Virus record (IMG/VR): IMGVR_UViG_3300005613_000009
Location: 32,001-96,000 of that record
From: a virus
DNA length: 64,000 nucleotides
Strand: one strand, 5' to 3'
Of this stretch, positions 9,262 to 17,728 are shown in pieces (positions within the stretch are counted from its first letter, which is position 1; the number at the start of each line of letters is the position of its first letter). Under the pieces are notes generated by a model that was given only the letters and a program-made list of their open reading frames with translations, searched no databases and had not been told where the DNA came from. The position numbers were made by a program, and so were the translations under genes.

Positions 9262-10023
9262 TTACTGATACTGTAACCACAAATACGTTACTATTTTATT
9301 GATTCTTTTACGAGCTTCATCCTGACTTTCAGGAATTTTATGGAAATACTGAGGAAACTCTTTTTTTCCGAATTCGATATAATTTGTAATGGCTGGTGGG
9401 CGTGATTTTGCATCAAGAATAAAATCAGGGATAAAAGATCGATAGGCTTCACGGAGAAATTTCTTGTTTGGATTAAGATGATACCCAAGAAAATATCTCC
9501 AGTCAAGATCATAAAAAGGCGCTTTTAATTCAAGATTGAGGTATTTATGGATAATCTTAAATGTAGGCATAATATAGATAATACTGTCTGCCCATGCTTG
9601 TAAATAGCTTTTGTTATCGTAACCACCAAATATTTCATCCGATCCTTCACCGATATAAATATTTTTGCATGCATCCCTTTTTGCAGCCTCTGCCAAAAAA
9701 TACGGCCAAACATTGAATCGTGGTTTTTCAAATAGTGGTAATATTTCTTGTAGCTTATTATAAAATCCATCAATCTTTACATTTTTATGGATGGATCCGA
9801 AATAGTTAGCAATCCTTTCTGCTTGCATACATTCATCTTTTTCAATACCGAAATCAGCAGTATATGTAAATATCTTTTTTCCTACATCTCTAGCTGCTTC
9901 CGTTACATGGTAAAGAATAATTGCAGAATCCATGCCACCCGAAAGATATACCGCAGTATTTTCACCAAATGTTTGATTAAACTTTATTTGCTTTTGTATT
10001 TTGTTCTGGATTTTGGTGTTCAT
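9262..10023 (-). CDS. Asparagine-synthetase-like ATP-dependent amidotransferase (synthetase domain only)
   Basis: PP-loop YLSGGMDS and GEGSDEIFGGY motifs; 253 aa with no N-terminal Ntn glutaminase domain. Confidence 0.8.
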   Translation of the reverse strand: MNTKIQNKIQKQIKFNQTFGENTAVYLSGGMDSAIILYHVTEAARDVGKKIFTYTADFGIEKDECMQAERIANYFGSIHKNVKIDGFYNKLQEILPLFEKPRFNVWPYFLAEAAKRDACKNIYIGEGSDEIFGGYDNKSYLQAWADSIIYIMPTFKIIHKYLNLELKAPFYDLDWRYFLGYHLNPNKKFLREAYRSFIPDFILDAKSRPPAITNYIEFGKKEFPQYFHKIPESQDEARKRINKIVTYLWLQYQ

Positions 10024-10044
10024 AGCACCCCCATTAAATAACTA

Positions 10045-11154
10045 TTAACATTGATTAATTGCCTGTTTGAGTAAATTAACAACAGTTTGTTGTTCTTCAT
10101 TCGTCATACCATAATAAAGTGGCAAAGCAAGACTTTGACTGTATGCTTTCCGCGAGTATTTTACAAATGTTGGAAACGTATAAAACTTAATCATATCGGT
10201 TCCAATTTGAACTTCGATACCGTTGTCCCTCATGTAAGCCATAATTTTATTGCGATTTTTTAATTGTATACAAAATGTCTGGTATGAATGTTTTCCATTT
10301 GATGTTGTCTCTTGAAATTTAACTCCTTTTATATTCTTCAGTTTTTCCCGATAGTTTTCCTGTAGCATAATACGATAATTGATAAGCCGGTCCAGGATAT
10401 CCATCTGAGCTAACCCGATACTCGCTTGGATATCACTAAGTTTGTAATTGCTACCGAACAACACATTCTCGCCAATTATACAGTCTTTGAAGTTTTTTAG
10501 TTTTGAGATCTGTTCTGCTATTTTATCTGAATTTGTTGTAATCATGCCGCCTTCTCCGGTTGTAACTATTTTTCTTGGATGAAAACTGAATACCGAAATA
10601 TCAGCAAGAGACCCAGTCATAAGGCCATTGTATTCAGAACCAAGACCACAAGCAGCATCTTCAATAATACCAATGCCAAATTTGTTCTTTATTCTGTTTA
10701 ATTCGTAATAATTAAGTGGATTGCCAAAAAGCGATACAGGAAGGATAGCGACGGTTTCTTTTGTAATAGCCTTTTCAATCTCAGCGTAATCAATTAATAA
10801 AGTCTTTGGATTAATATCAACCACTATAGGTTTACATCCTGTACCCAATATCGCTAAAATTGTAGCAGGATGTGTAAATGCAGGAACAATAATTTTTGCG
10901 TTGAAAGGATCTTTCCCCATATTTAGGCATAAGACCTTTATTGCTGTAGATAATCCAATAGTACAATTTGGAACCGATATAGCATGCTTAACGTCACAGT
11001 AACCAATAACACTTTTTTCGAATAGTTTATTAACAGGTCCTTCTGTTAAATGATAACTGTCAAGAACCTTGATAACATTGTTTTTCATATCATAACTGAC
11101 AAATGGTTTTGTCAATGGAATAGTGTATTGATTTTTATAGTTTTTTGCTTTCAT
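10045..11154 (-). CDS. DegT/DnrJ/EryC1/StrS PLP-dependent nucleotide-sugar aminotransferase (WbpE-like)
   Basis: IIEDAACGLG and FSFHPRKIVTTGEGGMITT (PLP lysine) motifs. Confidence 0.93.
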   Translation of the reverse strand: MKAKNYKNQYTIPLTKPFVSYDMKNNVIKVLDSYHLTEGPVNKLFEKSVIGYCDVKHAISVPNCTIGLSTAIKVLCLNMGKDPFNAKIIVPAFTHPATILAILGTGCKPIVVDINPKTLLIDYAEIEKAITKETVAILPVSLFGNPLNYYELNRIKNKFGIGIIEDAACGLGSEYNGLMTGSLADISVFSFHPRKIVTTGEGGMITTNSDKIAEQISKLKNFKDCIIGENVLFGSNYKLSDIQASIGLAQMDILDRLINYRIMLQENYREKLKNIKGVKFQETTSNGKHSYQTFCIQLKNRNKIMAYMRDNGIEVQIGTDMIKFYTFPTFVKYSRKAYSQSLALPLYYGMTNEEQQTVVNLLKQAINQC

Positions 11155-12034
11155 AAATAGTTACTCTGCTCCTGTCTTCAGAATAAGGTTGATTAGTTAG
11201 AATATCAAAGACTTCTTTTTTGAATAAACGTAAATCGTAAGGATCCAGTTTTTTATTTTTTAACAAAAATGTAATTAACATTGGAAAGATTGAAATTCCA
11301 TATGAATTGATAAATTTATATCCATTTCCTTTGAGAACAGCTTTCATGAATTTTTTTTCAATAACTTGCGGCGAATTGCATTTTTCAGATCCTACTAAAT
11401 AATCGCTTATTTTGTTAAATTTGTTTATATGTATGAAACTTTCTATATTACCATTTAATAACGCACGAATCATAGTAGCTGTTTTGTTTGGTTCGACATT
11501 CATTAAATAACCATCTTGTTTAAGATATTGCCTTATCTTATTAAGACTAAAACCTATGTTATTTGAATAGAATAAACATTCACAGGCCCAAATAATATCA
11601 CAAGTATCTGGTTTGATAGGGATCCTTGAAATATCTGAGTGGATTAATGTTATTCTATTTTTATAATTATTTCTTTTTTTGCTAATTTCTAAATATGACT
11701 GTAAATCCTGTAAATGTTTTAAAACAATATCAACCGCAATAACATGTGCATCTGTATTATTTAAAAACCATTTTGTGAATTGGCCATTACCACATCCGGC
11801 ATCGAGAATAAAATCACATTTTTTGCCTGGTAATAAATTTCGTTTAAGACAATTCTTAATTGCTTTTTGTTCGTAATCAATATATATTTTATATTTTGAA
11901 TTAACATTAAACGCATATAGATCTTTATTTATATCGTTCTCACAAAAATAAATTCCATTTTTTTGCGAGACACCATTTTTCAAAAAGTTGTGGTTTTCCA
12001 TGGTATTATTTAATATCCACCTTGAAACGCCCAA
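11135..12034 (-). CDS. Class I SAM-dependent methyltransferase
   Basis: ILDAGCGNG motif I, AVDI motif II, YLKQDG motif. Confidence 0.85.
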   Translation of the reverse strand: MGVSRWILNNTMENHNFLKNGVSQKNGIYFCENDINKDLYAFNVNSKYKIYIDYEQKAIKNCLKRNLLPGKKCDFILDAGCGNGQFTKWFLNNTDAHVIAVDIVLKHLQDLQSYLEISKKRNNYKNRITLIHSDISRIPIKPDTCDIIWACECLFYSNNIGFSLNKIRQYLKQDGYLMNVEPNKTATMIRALLNGNIESFIHINKFNKISDYLVGSEKCNSPQVIEKKFMKAVLKGNGYKFINSYGISIFPMLITFLLKNKKLDPYDLRLFKKEVFDILTNQPYSEDRSRVTIYESKKL

Positions 12035-13026
12035 TATGCCGGGATATCGTTAATATCCAGTTCTGGGTGTGTATCTAAAAAACTATCAGGTTGTAGTATA
12101 AACTTTGATAAATGATACCATTGCATTGAAACCCGTTTTGGATGAAACCATTTATTAACATACTGTTGGTTATAAATAATTGGAACAGTCAATGGGTTAT
12201 GTACGAAGTAACGGACTTCTCGTTCGATATCCTGCGGAGCAGTATTCATAATGGGTAATTTAGGATAATGAGACAGATAAAATTTATTTACATAAGATAT
12301 CGTTGGAATACCTATTGACATAGCATTTATTGCATGTTGACTAAGCACACCAGTATGTAATTGATCAATATATAAATTTGTTCTATGTAATCTATCGATA
12401 TCCTCATTGAAATCTACCGATGGATCTCTGTCACAAAATTCTTTTATGACTTTCAGGTACTTATCTAATTCAGGTTCATCCGGAGTTGAAAAATGTGAAA
12501 TAGTAAAATTTACCGGCTTTCTCCATATCTTTTGTGGCATAACCATAAGATGTGGAATAGTTGTCATACTTTGGACAAGACATCGAAAAAGACTCCAATC
12601 AGCATCTACGGATGCCCAAAAACGGATTGCCATTTGATTTCTGAAATAATTACTTGCATTATCTCTTAGATGATTACCTGAAAAAATATAGATAAAATTG
12701 CTTGACCTGGATGCCAGACGGCCACAAAAAGGACATGGCATTCTTCGTGTACGATAAGAAAGATAATCTTCGATAACCGTACCACAATAACAACATTTGC
12801 CATTAGACGTATTTAAAATCAAATGGTTAAATAAATTTTTACAATTGTTGTCACTAGAATTGATACCATTCCAAATGAAATAGAAATCACAATCTTCAAT
12901 ATTTTGATCATTATAATTTGTAACAAGTTTACATGATTCAATCGGTGTGTATTTCTCCAAACTTTCTCTTAGATATCTTACGATTTGCAAATAAGTTTTG
13001 TCTAAGCATACAATAGCTGTTTTCAT
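12010..13026 (-). CDS. GT-B-fold glycosyltransferase paralog with a CxxC...CxxC zinc-finger insertion
   Basis: C-terminal IDQLHTGVLSQHAINAMSIGIPTI aligns with its two neighbours; CCYCG...CPFCG insertion. Confidence 0.6.
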   Translation of the reverse strand: MKTAIVCLDKTYLQIVRYLRESLEKYTPIESCKLVTNYNDQNIEDCDFYFIWNGINSSDNNCKNLFNHLILNTSNGKCCYCGTVIEDYLSYRTRRMPCPFCGRLASRSSNFIYIFSGNHLRDNASNYFRNQMAIRFWASVDADWSLFRCLVQSMTTIPHLMVMPQKIWRKPVNFTISHFSTPDEPELDKYLKVIKEFCDRDPSVDFNEDIDRLHRTNLYIDQLHTGVLSQHAINAMSIGIPTISYVNKFYLSHYPKLPIMNTAPQDIEREVRYFVHNPLTVPIIYNQQYVNKWFHPKRVSMQWYHLSKFILQPDSFLDTHPELDINDIPAYWAFQGGY

Positions 13027-13075
13027 TGTGGCCTCTTATTTATACTTTAGTGTTCTTTTGTATTTTTCTGTTAAA

Positions 13076-14089
13076 CTATGTACTTATTTGTTCCCTTTCC
13101 CAAAACTCCGGAGATGGATATTTATTATCTATCTCCGGATGCATTATAAATTCAATCAAATTAATCCACATAGGAATACGTTTTTCTGCACTAAATGTAT
13201 CGACACAATACTTTCGAGTTTTTTGCCCAATGTGGATCCGTTCTTCAGGGTGTGTGATTAACCATTCGAGGTTCTCTTTGATATTATGTTTATCAGTATT
13301 GATGATAGGAGTATCAGGATAAATCGATAGATAATAGTCGCAAAGACGATTTAAGACAGGAATACCAAAGCACATTGCTTCTACAGTATTTTGACCATGG
13401 TCAAAGAAATCGATTGAATCGATAAAAATATCCGATTTTTGTTTTTGTTCCATAACTTGATCCCATGAGATACCACCCTCACCAGAAGAAAAGCACCCGG
13501 TATAAGACCATTCGATATTATAAATTTTTGCCAAGTCGTTGATCACGGCTTCAATATATTTTGTTCCTTTGATTTTCTGATTAGTTGGTGAATGATAAAT
13601 AACTAAAGTATCCGAATCAGAATTTGTATTCGTTAATGGTTTCCATCGGTTAGTATCAATAATATGTGTATTATGGTGAACTGATTGAACTAAACAGCGT
13701 GTCATGCTAAAATCGTATGCAGTTGCAGACCAGTAATAGCCGTTTTTCAATTGGTGGCCAAAAATGGCATTTGCTATATTACGAATATCTGATCCACTAT
13801 GACGAATTAAGTGATTTTGTACATTTATTTTTTTAGAAATTATATCTGATAATTGTCTGGGGATACCTTGTGCGATACAGAAAAAATCGGCATTATCGAT
13901 AAGGCTATTAATTTCATCAATTTGTTCTTTTTTCGTCATTTCAGACAAAACGATGTCTGTATTATATCCGAATGGATGATAGTTCTCAGTAATACTTCTA
14001 GCCGTATGATTAGTATATTCGTTTACAGCTTTTGACATAAGATATTGAGCGCCACCCCAATCATTTGGTGATAAAAACAAAATATTCAT
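13076..14089 (-). CDS. GT-B (GT4-like) glycosyltransferase
   Basis: MNILFLSPNDWGG start; IYHSPTNQKIKGT; SDIFIDS...GQNTVEAMCFGIPVL; RIHIGQKTRKY. Confidence 0.8.
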   Translation of the reverse strand: MNILFLSPNDWGGAQYLMSKAVNEYTNHTARSITENYHPFGYNTDIVLSEMTKKEQIDEINSLIDNADFFCIAQGIPRQLSDIISKKINVQNHLIRHSGSDIRNIANAIFGHQLKNGYYWSATAYDFSMTRCLVQSVHHNTHIIDTNRWKPLTNTNSDSDTLVIYHSPTNQKIKGTKYIEAVINDLAKIYNIEWSYTGCFSSGEGGISWDQVMEQKQKSDIFIDSIDFFDHGQNTVEAMCFGIPVLNRLCDYYLSIYPDTPIINTDKHNIKENLEWLITHPEERIHIGQKTRKYCVDTFSAEKRIPMWINLIEFIMHPEIDNKYPSPEFWEREQIST

Positions 14090-14102
14090 AGTGTTATACC
14101 TG

Positions 14103-14879
14103 CTATCTATTAACAACTTCTGTTGATCCTACAGTTTTCGTACCCCATTGTTCACAGGCTGAACAAATTTCATCAGGATAATTATCCCTGATTTGCTGAT
14201 ATCCATCCCCATTCCAGACTTCTTGGATTGAATTATCTCGAACGTTCATAGGTTTGTCTGTCATCCAATTATGGCAACATCTTGATACATTACCTGTATA
14301 GTCTATTGTAATATCTGTTACCAATTTTGGACAGAACCTACGATTTTCTCTTCCACCGATTGATCCCAGTTGACCATTCGATGAATGCTTATCGTATATC
14401 CGGATAACATCTACATATTTTCTCATATCTTGTATCTTTGATTCTGTAGTTTCTCCCTTGACAACGGATATCTGGATCCGAGGTTTGCTGTTTTTTCGAT
14501 ACTTATTAAGAAGTTTAACAGCCTTTACGGCATCTTCCGTATGATAACTAATAGATACAAAATCAAACAATAAAACCATATCAAGATATTTTTCAACTAA
14601 GATACCATTAGTGGCAAACTGTATTTCTTTAAACTTATGGATAGTATATGCCAACATCGGTTTGACCATTGGATGGAGCAGACTTTCTCCCCGCCAAAAC
14701 GGAACAAGCGTAATGTTTTTATGGGCTATTTCATCAATGATCTGTTTCCATAGATAAAAATTCATAAAACCGACCGGATCTGTCATAAATCTTCGAGGAC
14801 AAACTGAACAGTTTAAATTGCATGCATTTGTAATTTCTATGGTAACACGACTTGGAAACATAGTAGTTGTATCTTTCAT
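14103..14879 (-). CDS. Radical SAM enzyme with SPASM/twitch domain
   Basis: TNACNLNCSVCPR (CxxxCxxC), GESLLHP, and C-terminal CPK...G.VSRCC...C..C. Confidence 0.92.
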   Translation of the reverse strand: MKDTTTMFPSRVTIEITNACNLNCSVCPRRFMTDPVGFMNFYLWKQIIDEIAHKNITLVPFWRGESLLHPMVKPMLAYTIHKFKEIQFATNGILVEKYLDMVLLFDFVSISYHTEDAVKAVKLLNKYRKNSKPRIQISVVKGETTESKIQDMRKYVDVIRIYDKHSSNGQLGSIGGRENRRFCPKLVTDITIDYTGNVSRCCHNWMTDKPMNVRDNSIQEVWNGDGYQQIRDNYPDEICSACEQWGTKTVGSTEVVNR

Positions 14880-14921
14880 GGTAATTTTAAACCTTTGAAC
14901 AAATTAAAAATGTTTTCTTTG

Positions 14922-15137
14922 TTAATCCTTAGCCAATCTTGCTTCGTTATTTCTAGCTTTAATTATTTGGTTCTGGGCCTTTCTTACACGATACTGGGCT
15001 GCAGCCTCTGAACATCCCATAACAAGACCAATTTGGTTGTAAGTGATTCCACTGATTCTTAACAATAGAGCCCTGAAACTATCTTCATGAATAACTACCC
15101 TATTTGCAGAGAACACCCTTTGTTTTTGTTTTGCCAT
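14922..15137 (-). CDS. Small HTH DNA-binding protein (sigma region-4-like)
   Basis: SGITYNQIGLVMGCSEAAAQYRVRKA HTH pattern. Confidence 0.6.
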   Translation of the reverse strand: MAKQKQRVFSANRVVIHEDSFRALLLRISGITYNQIGLVMGCSEAAAQYRVRKAQNQIIKARNNEARLAKD

Positions 15138-15140
15138 ATG

Positions 15141-16145
15141 TTATTTACTCTTTTGAGAAAACTTAACAATCCTATTTCCGTTAATGATATAATCGTATAA
15201 CCAAATATATTGATCAACAGCCTTAATCGGATCGCAATTTTGCCTAACCCACATTCTACCTTTCTTTCCAATTGATAAAATTTCACTACGATTTTCAAGG
15301 AAATACACGATTACGTCTTTGAGTGTTTTTTCCGTAACCGAAACAACAGGATTGTCCGGATAACAACTCATAACCAGATTGCTGACGGAACACAGGACAA
15401 CCTGTTCCATTGCCATAGATTCGATAGCAGACAATGCAAAACGGCCAACAGATATTTGATCAAACAACATATGTGCTTGTTGTTTTTGTACGAGGCATTC
15501 CTCGTTTGAAAGGCCTTCAAGTAGGATGAGTTCAATCGGATAATCTTTTTGCAAATCATCTATTATCGATAGAAACAAATCTGTTTTTTTGAAAGCTCTG
15601 TTTGTAGGTGAGTGAACTATTTTGATAGGTGTGTTAGAATCTAAAATGTTTGAAAATGATATTTCATGCCATGGACAAACTTTGTCCACATCAAACATAT
15701 CTGGGAAGTGATAAAACATAGGACCTGCATCTTCGAGCATTGTTGCATCTACCCAACTAATACCTTTAATTCCGGTCTGTTCATGCATATTTTTGATTTG
15801 AGGGCGATTATTCCTGAGATACGATCCATAATATTGAATGACACAATTCTTGGAATTCAAAATATTTTCAAATTTAACATCTCCAAAATTAATAGGTTGC
15901 CGTCCAATATGAAAAAAATCACCTTTTTTGACAACATCCTGTGCTGCTTTAATTGCTTTAGGATCTGCAATCTTTGTAGTCGCATCTTTGACTAAAACGA
16001 TATCTGTGTCATAGTTTAGATAATCCCCAACAATAATAATACACCTGGCTTTATGAATCGTATATTCATTAATTAACCTGGCAAGCATTGTTAAATTACC
16101 TGCAATATCATAATCACTGCATATAACAATATTCATAGGGTGCAT
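15141..16145 (-). CDS. GT-B (GT4-like) glycosyltransferase
   Basis: Paralog of 13076-14089 (INEYT.H.AR, Y.TDIVL, IVHSPTN, HMLFDQ...SAIESMAMEQVV). Confidence 0.8.
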   Translation of the reverse strand: MHPMNIVICSDYDIAGNLTMLARLINEYTIHKARCIIIVGDYLNYDTDIVLVKDATTKIADPKAIKAAQDVVKKGDFFHIGRQPINFGDVKFENILNSKNCVIQYYGSYLRNNRPQIKNMHEQTGIKGISWVDATMLEDAGPMFYHFPDMFDVDKVCPWHEISFSNILDSNTPIKIVHSPTNRAFKKTDLFLSIIDDLQKDYPIELILLEGLSNEECLVQKQQAHMLFDQISVGRFALSAIESMAMEQVVLCSVSNLVMSCYPDNPVVSVTEKTLKDVIVYFLENRSEILSIGKKGRMWVRQNCDPIKAVDQYIWLYDYIINGNRIVKFSQKSK

Positions 16146-16147
16146 AT

Positions 16148-16543
16148 CTAATTTTTACCTTTCAAATGTTTTATATTTTTCTCTCTTAAATAATTGCGGA
16201 TTGTTGTTTCGCTGACACCCAATACCCTATGCATTTTTTTTATAGTCATTTTATTGATTTGTTCTTTTGATAAAGTACGACAAAGATCTCGTTTAGGTGT
16301 TCTTATATTATTGGCACCACCATGTTTATGTGATCTTTTTATGTTATAGCCATCCAAGCGGCGGTATATATATATCCTGGAAACACCTAGTTGGTTTGCT
16401 ATTTGACTTGCGGTAAATTTTTTTATCAAAGTAGACAACATTTCTTGTTCGCTTTGAAAATTAGTATTGTACATATTGTTATACATAACAATATATTCTT
16501 CCCAGTTAATTATAGTTGGATATTTGTTTTCCCTCGATACCAT
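16148..16543 (-). CDS. Protein with two HTH-like segments
   Basis: ASQIANQLGVSRIYIYRRL and MHRVLGVSETTIRNYLRE. Confidence 0.6.
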   Translation of the reverse strand: MVSRENKYPTIINWEEYIVMYNNMYNTNFQSEQEMLSTLIKKFTASQIANQLGVSRIYIYRRLDGYNIKRSHKHGGANNIRTPKRDLCRTLSKEQINKMTIKKMHRVLGVSETTIRNYLREKNIKHLKGKN

Positions 16544-16562
16544 TTAACCATTACTTTTTTTA

Positions 16563-17438
16563 TCAAGTTGGGTCATTAGCTTGATGAGTCCCTATATGTC
16601 TTAGTTGTGAACACAACGTAACGGCAGGTAGTACTTCATCTATGCCAAATCCATTACCATCTATAATTTTTTGGTAACTAAGAGTATGGAGATCTTTAAA
16701 ACCTTTAGACAACTCAAATTCTTTTCCGTTTAGGGTTAATAAACGTTTCGGAAGATAATTTTTTTCGATGCTCAATATAACCTTTATTACAAACATACCG
16801 ATTCTGAATTGTCCTATGGCTTTTCTTGGTTCTGTATACCATGATAAGACAGAACAAGAACCACCAAATAACCATAGTAGCAAATCAAACAAATGAATCC
16901 CTATATTGGTAGCAATTCCACCTGATTTTTCTATATTTGTTTTCCATGAATAATCGTACCAACAACCACGTGGCGTATAATATTCAAGTGATGCTACTTT
17001 TGCCAAACAATCAATATTGTCTGATATTTCTTGTTTTACCTGTAAAGCGGTTTCACTCAAACGAAGCTGTAAAATATTCCAAACTTTGCGACCACTTGAT
17101 AATTCAAGCTCTTTTAATTTGTCTATATTCTTTGGATTTAGTGTTAGAGGCTTTTCACAAATGGCATTAGCCCCAATTCGTAATGCAAACCTGCAATGTG
17201 CGTTATGGAGATAATTAGGTGAACAAATCGAGACATAATCGATTTTTTGATCCGAACAAAATCTATCAAACCGTTCAAACTCACGAAAATATAAAGCATC
17301 TGGAAAATATGAATCAAGGATGCCTACATTGTCATGAGGATCTATGCAGGCAATCAATTCACCGCCTACATCTTTGATGGCTTTCATATGTCGTTTTGCG
17401 ACAAATCCAGCAGCACCAATTAAAACAAATTTTTTCAC
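16563..17438 (-). CDS. wbpB: Gfo/Idh/MocA oxidoreductase, UDP-GlcNAcA 3-dehydrogenase (WbpB-like)
   Basis: MKKFVLIGAAGFVAKRHMKAIKD...DPHDNVGILDSYFP...FERFDRF...SICSPNYLH...ICEKPL...GGIATNIGIHLFD closely follows the WbpB/WlbA pattern. Confidence 0.88.
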   Translation of the reverse strand: MKKFVLIGAAGFVAKRHMKAIKDVGGELIACIDPHDNVGILDSYFPDALYFREFERFDRFCSDQKIDYVSICSPNYLHNAHCRFALRIGANAICEKPLTLNPKNIDKLKELELSSGRKVWNILQLRLSETALQVKQEISDNIDCLAKVASLEYYTPRGCWYDYSWKTNIEKSGGIATNIGIHLFDLLLWLFGGSCSVLSWYTEPRKAIGQFRIGMFVIKVILSIEKNYLPKRLLTLNGKEFELSKGFKDLHTLSYQKIIDGNGFGIDEVLPAVTLCSQLRHIGTHQANDPT

Positions 17439-17450
17439 TTAAATATCTCC

Positions 17451-17618
17451 TTACATTTTTTTATTTAAAGATGTGGTAGATGCATTTTTGAAATAAAATA
17501 TCACCGTTTTTTTAAGGAATTCAGGAACCGTTATTTCTGCGTCTACCGCTGCTTTGCGTATTAGCTTATGCAGATCCATCGGCACATTTTTCCATAAAAT
17601 TGATTTCGTGTGAGTCAT
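17451..17618 (-). CDS. 55-aa ribbon-helix-helix (Arc/MetJ-like) regulator
   Basis: Absent from the track. MTHTKSILWKNVPMDLHKLIRKAAVDAEITVPEFLKKTVIFYF...; first gene behind a sigma70 promoter. Confidence 0.7.
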   Translation of the reverse strand: MTHTKSILWKNVPMDLHKLIRKAAVDAEITVPEFLKKTVIFYFKNASTTSLNKKM

Positions 17619-17621
17619 GAT

Positions 17622-17680
17622 TTAATCACCCATAGCGTAAATTTGAAGTCACTTTATACGCTATGAGTGATTTTGTCAAG
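17622..17680 (-). promoter_or_regulatory. Sigma70-type promoter of the glycan operon with an overlapping inverted repeat
   Basis: TTGACA-17-TAAAGT on the minus strand; imperfect inverted repeat aatcac-ccatagcgtaaa / tttatacgctatga-gtgatt. Confidence 0.7.
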
Positions 17681-17728
17681 CACTTTTTTAAGATTGTAAG
17701 AATTCTTAGAAGTGTAAAGTGGTAGGGA

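Noticed and set aside
6886-17438. Classical serotype-conversion (gtrABC) cassette
   Set aside because: There is no flippase, bactoprenol transferase or multi-TM transferase, and the GTs appear soluble.
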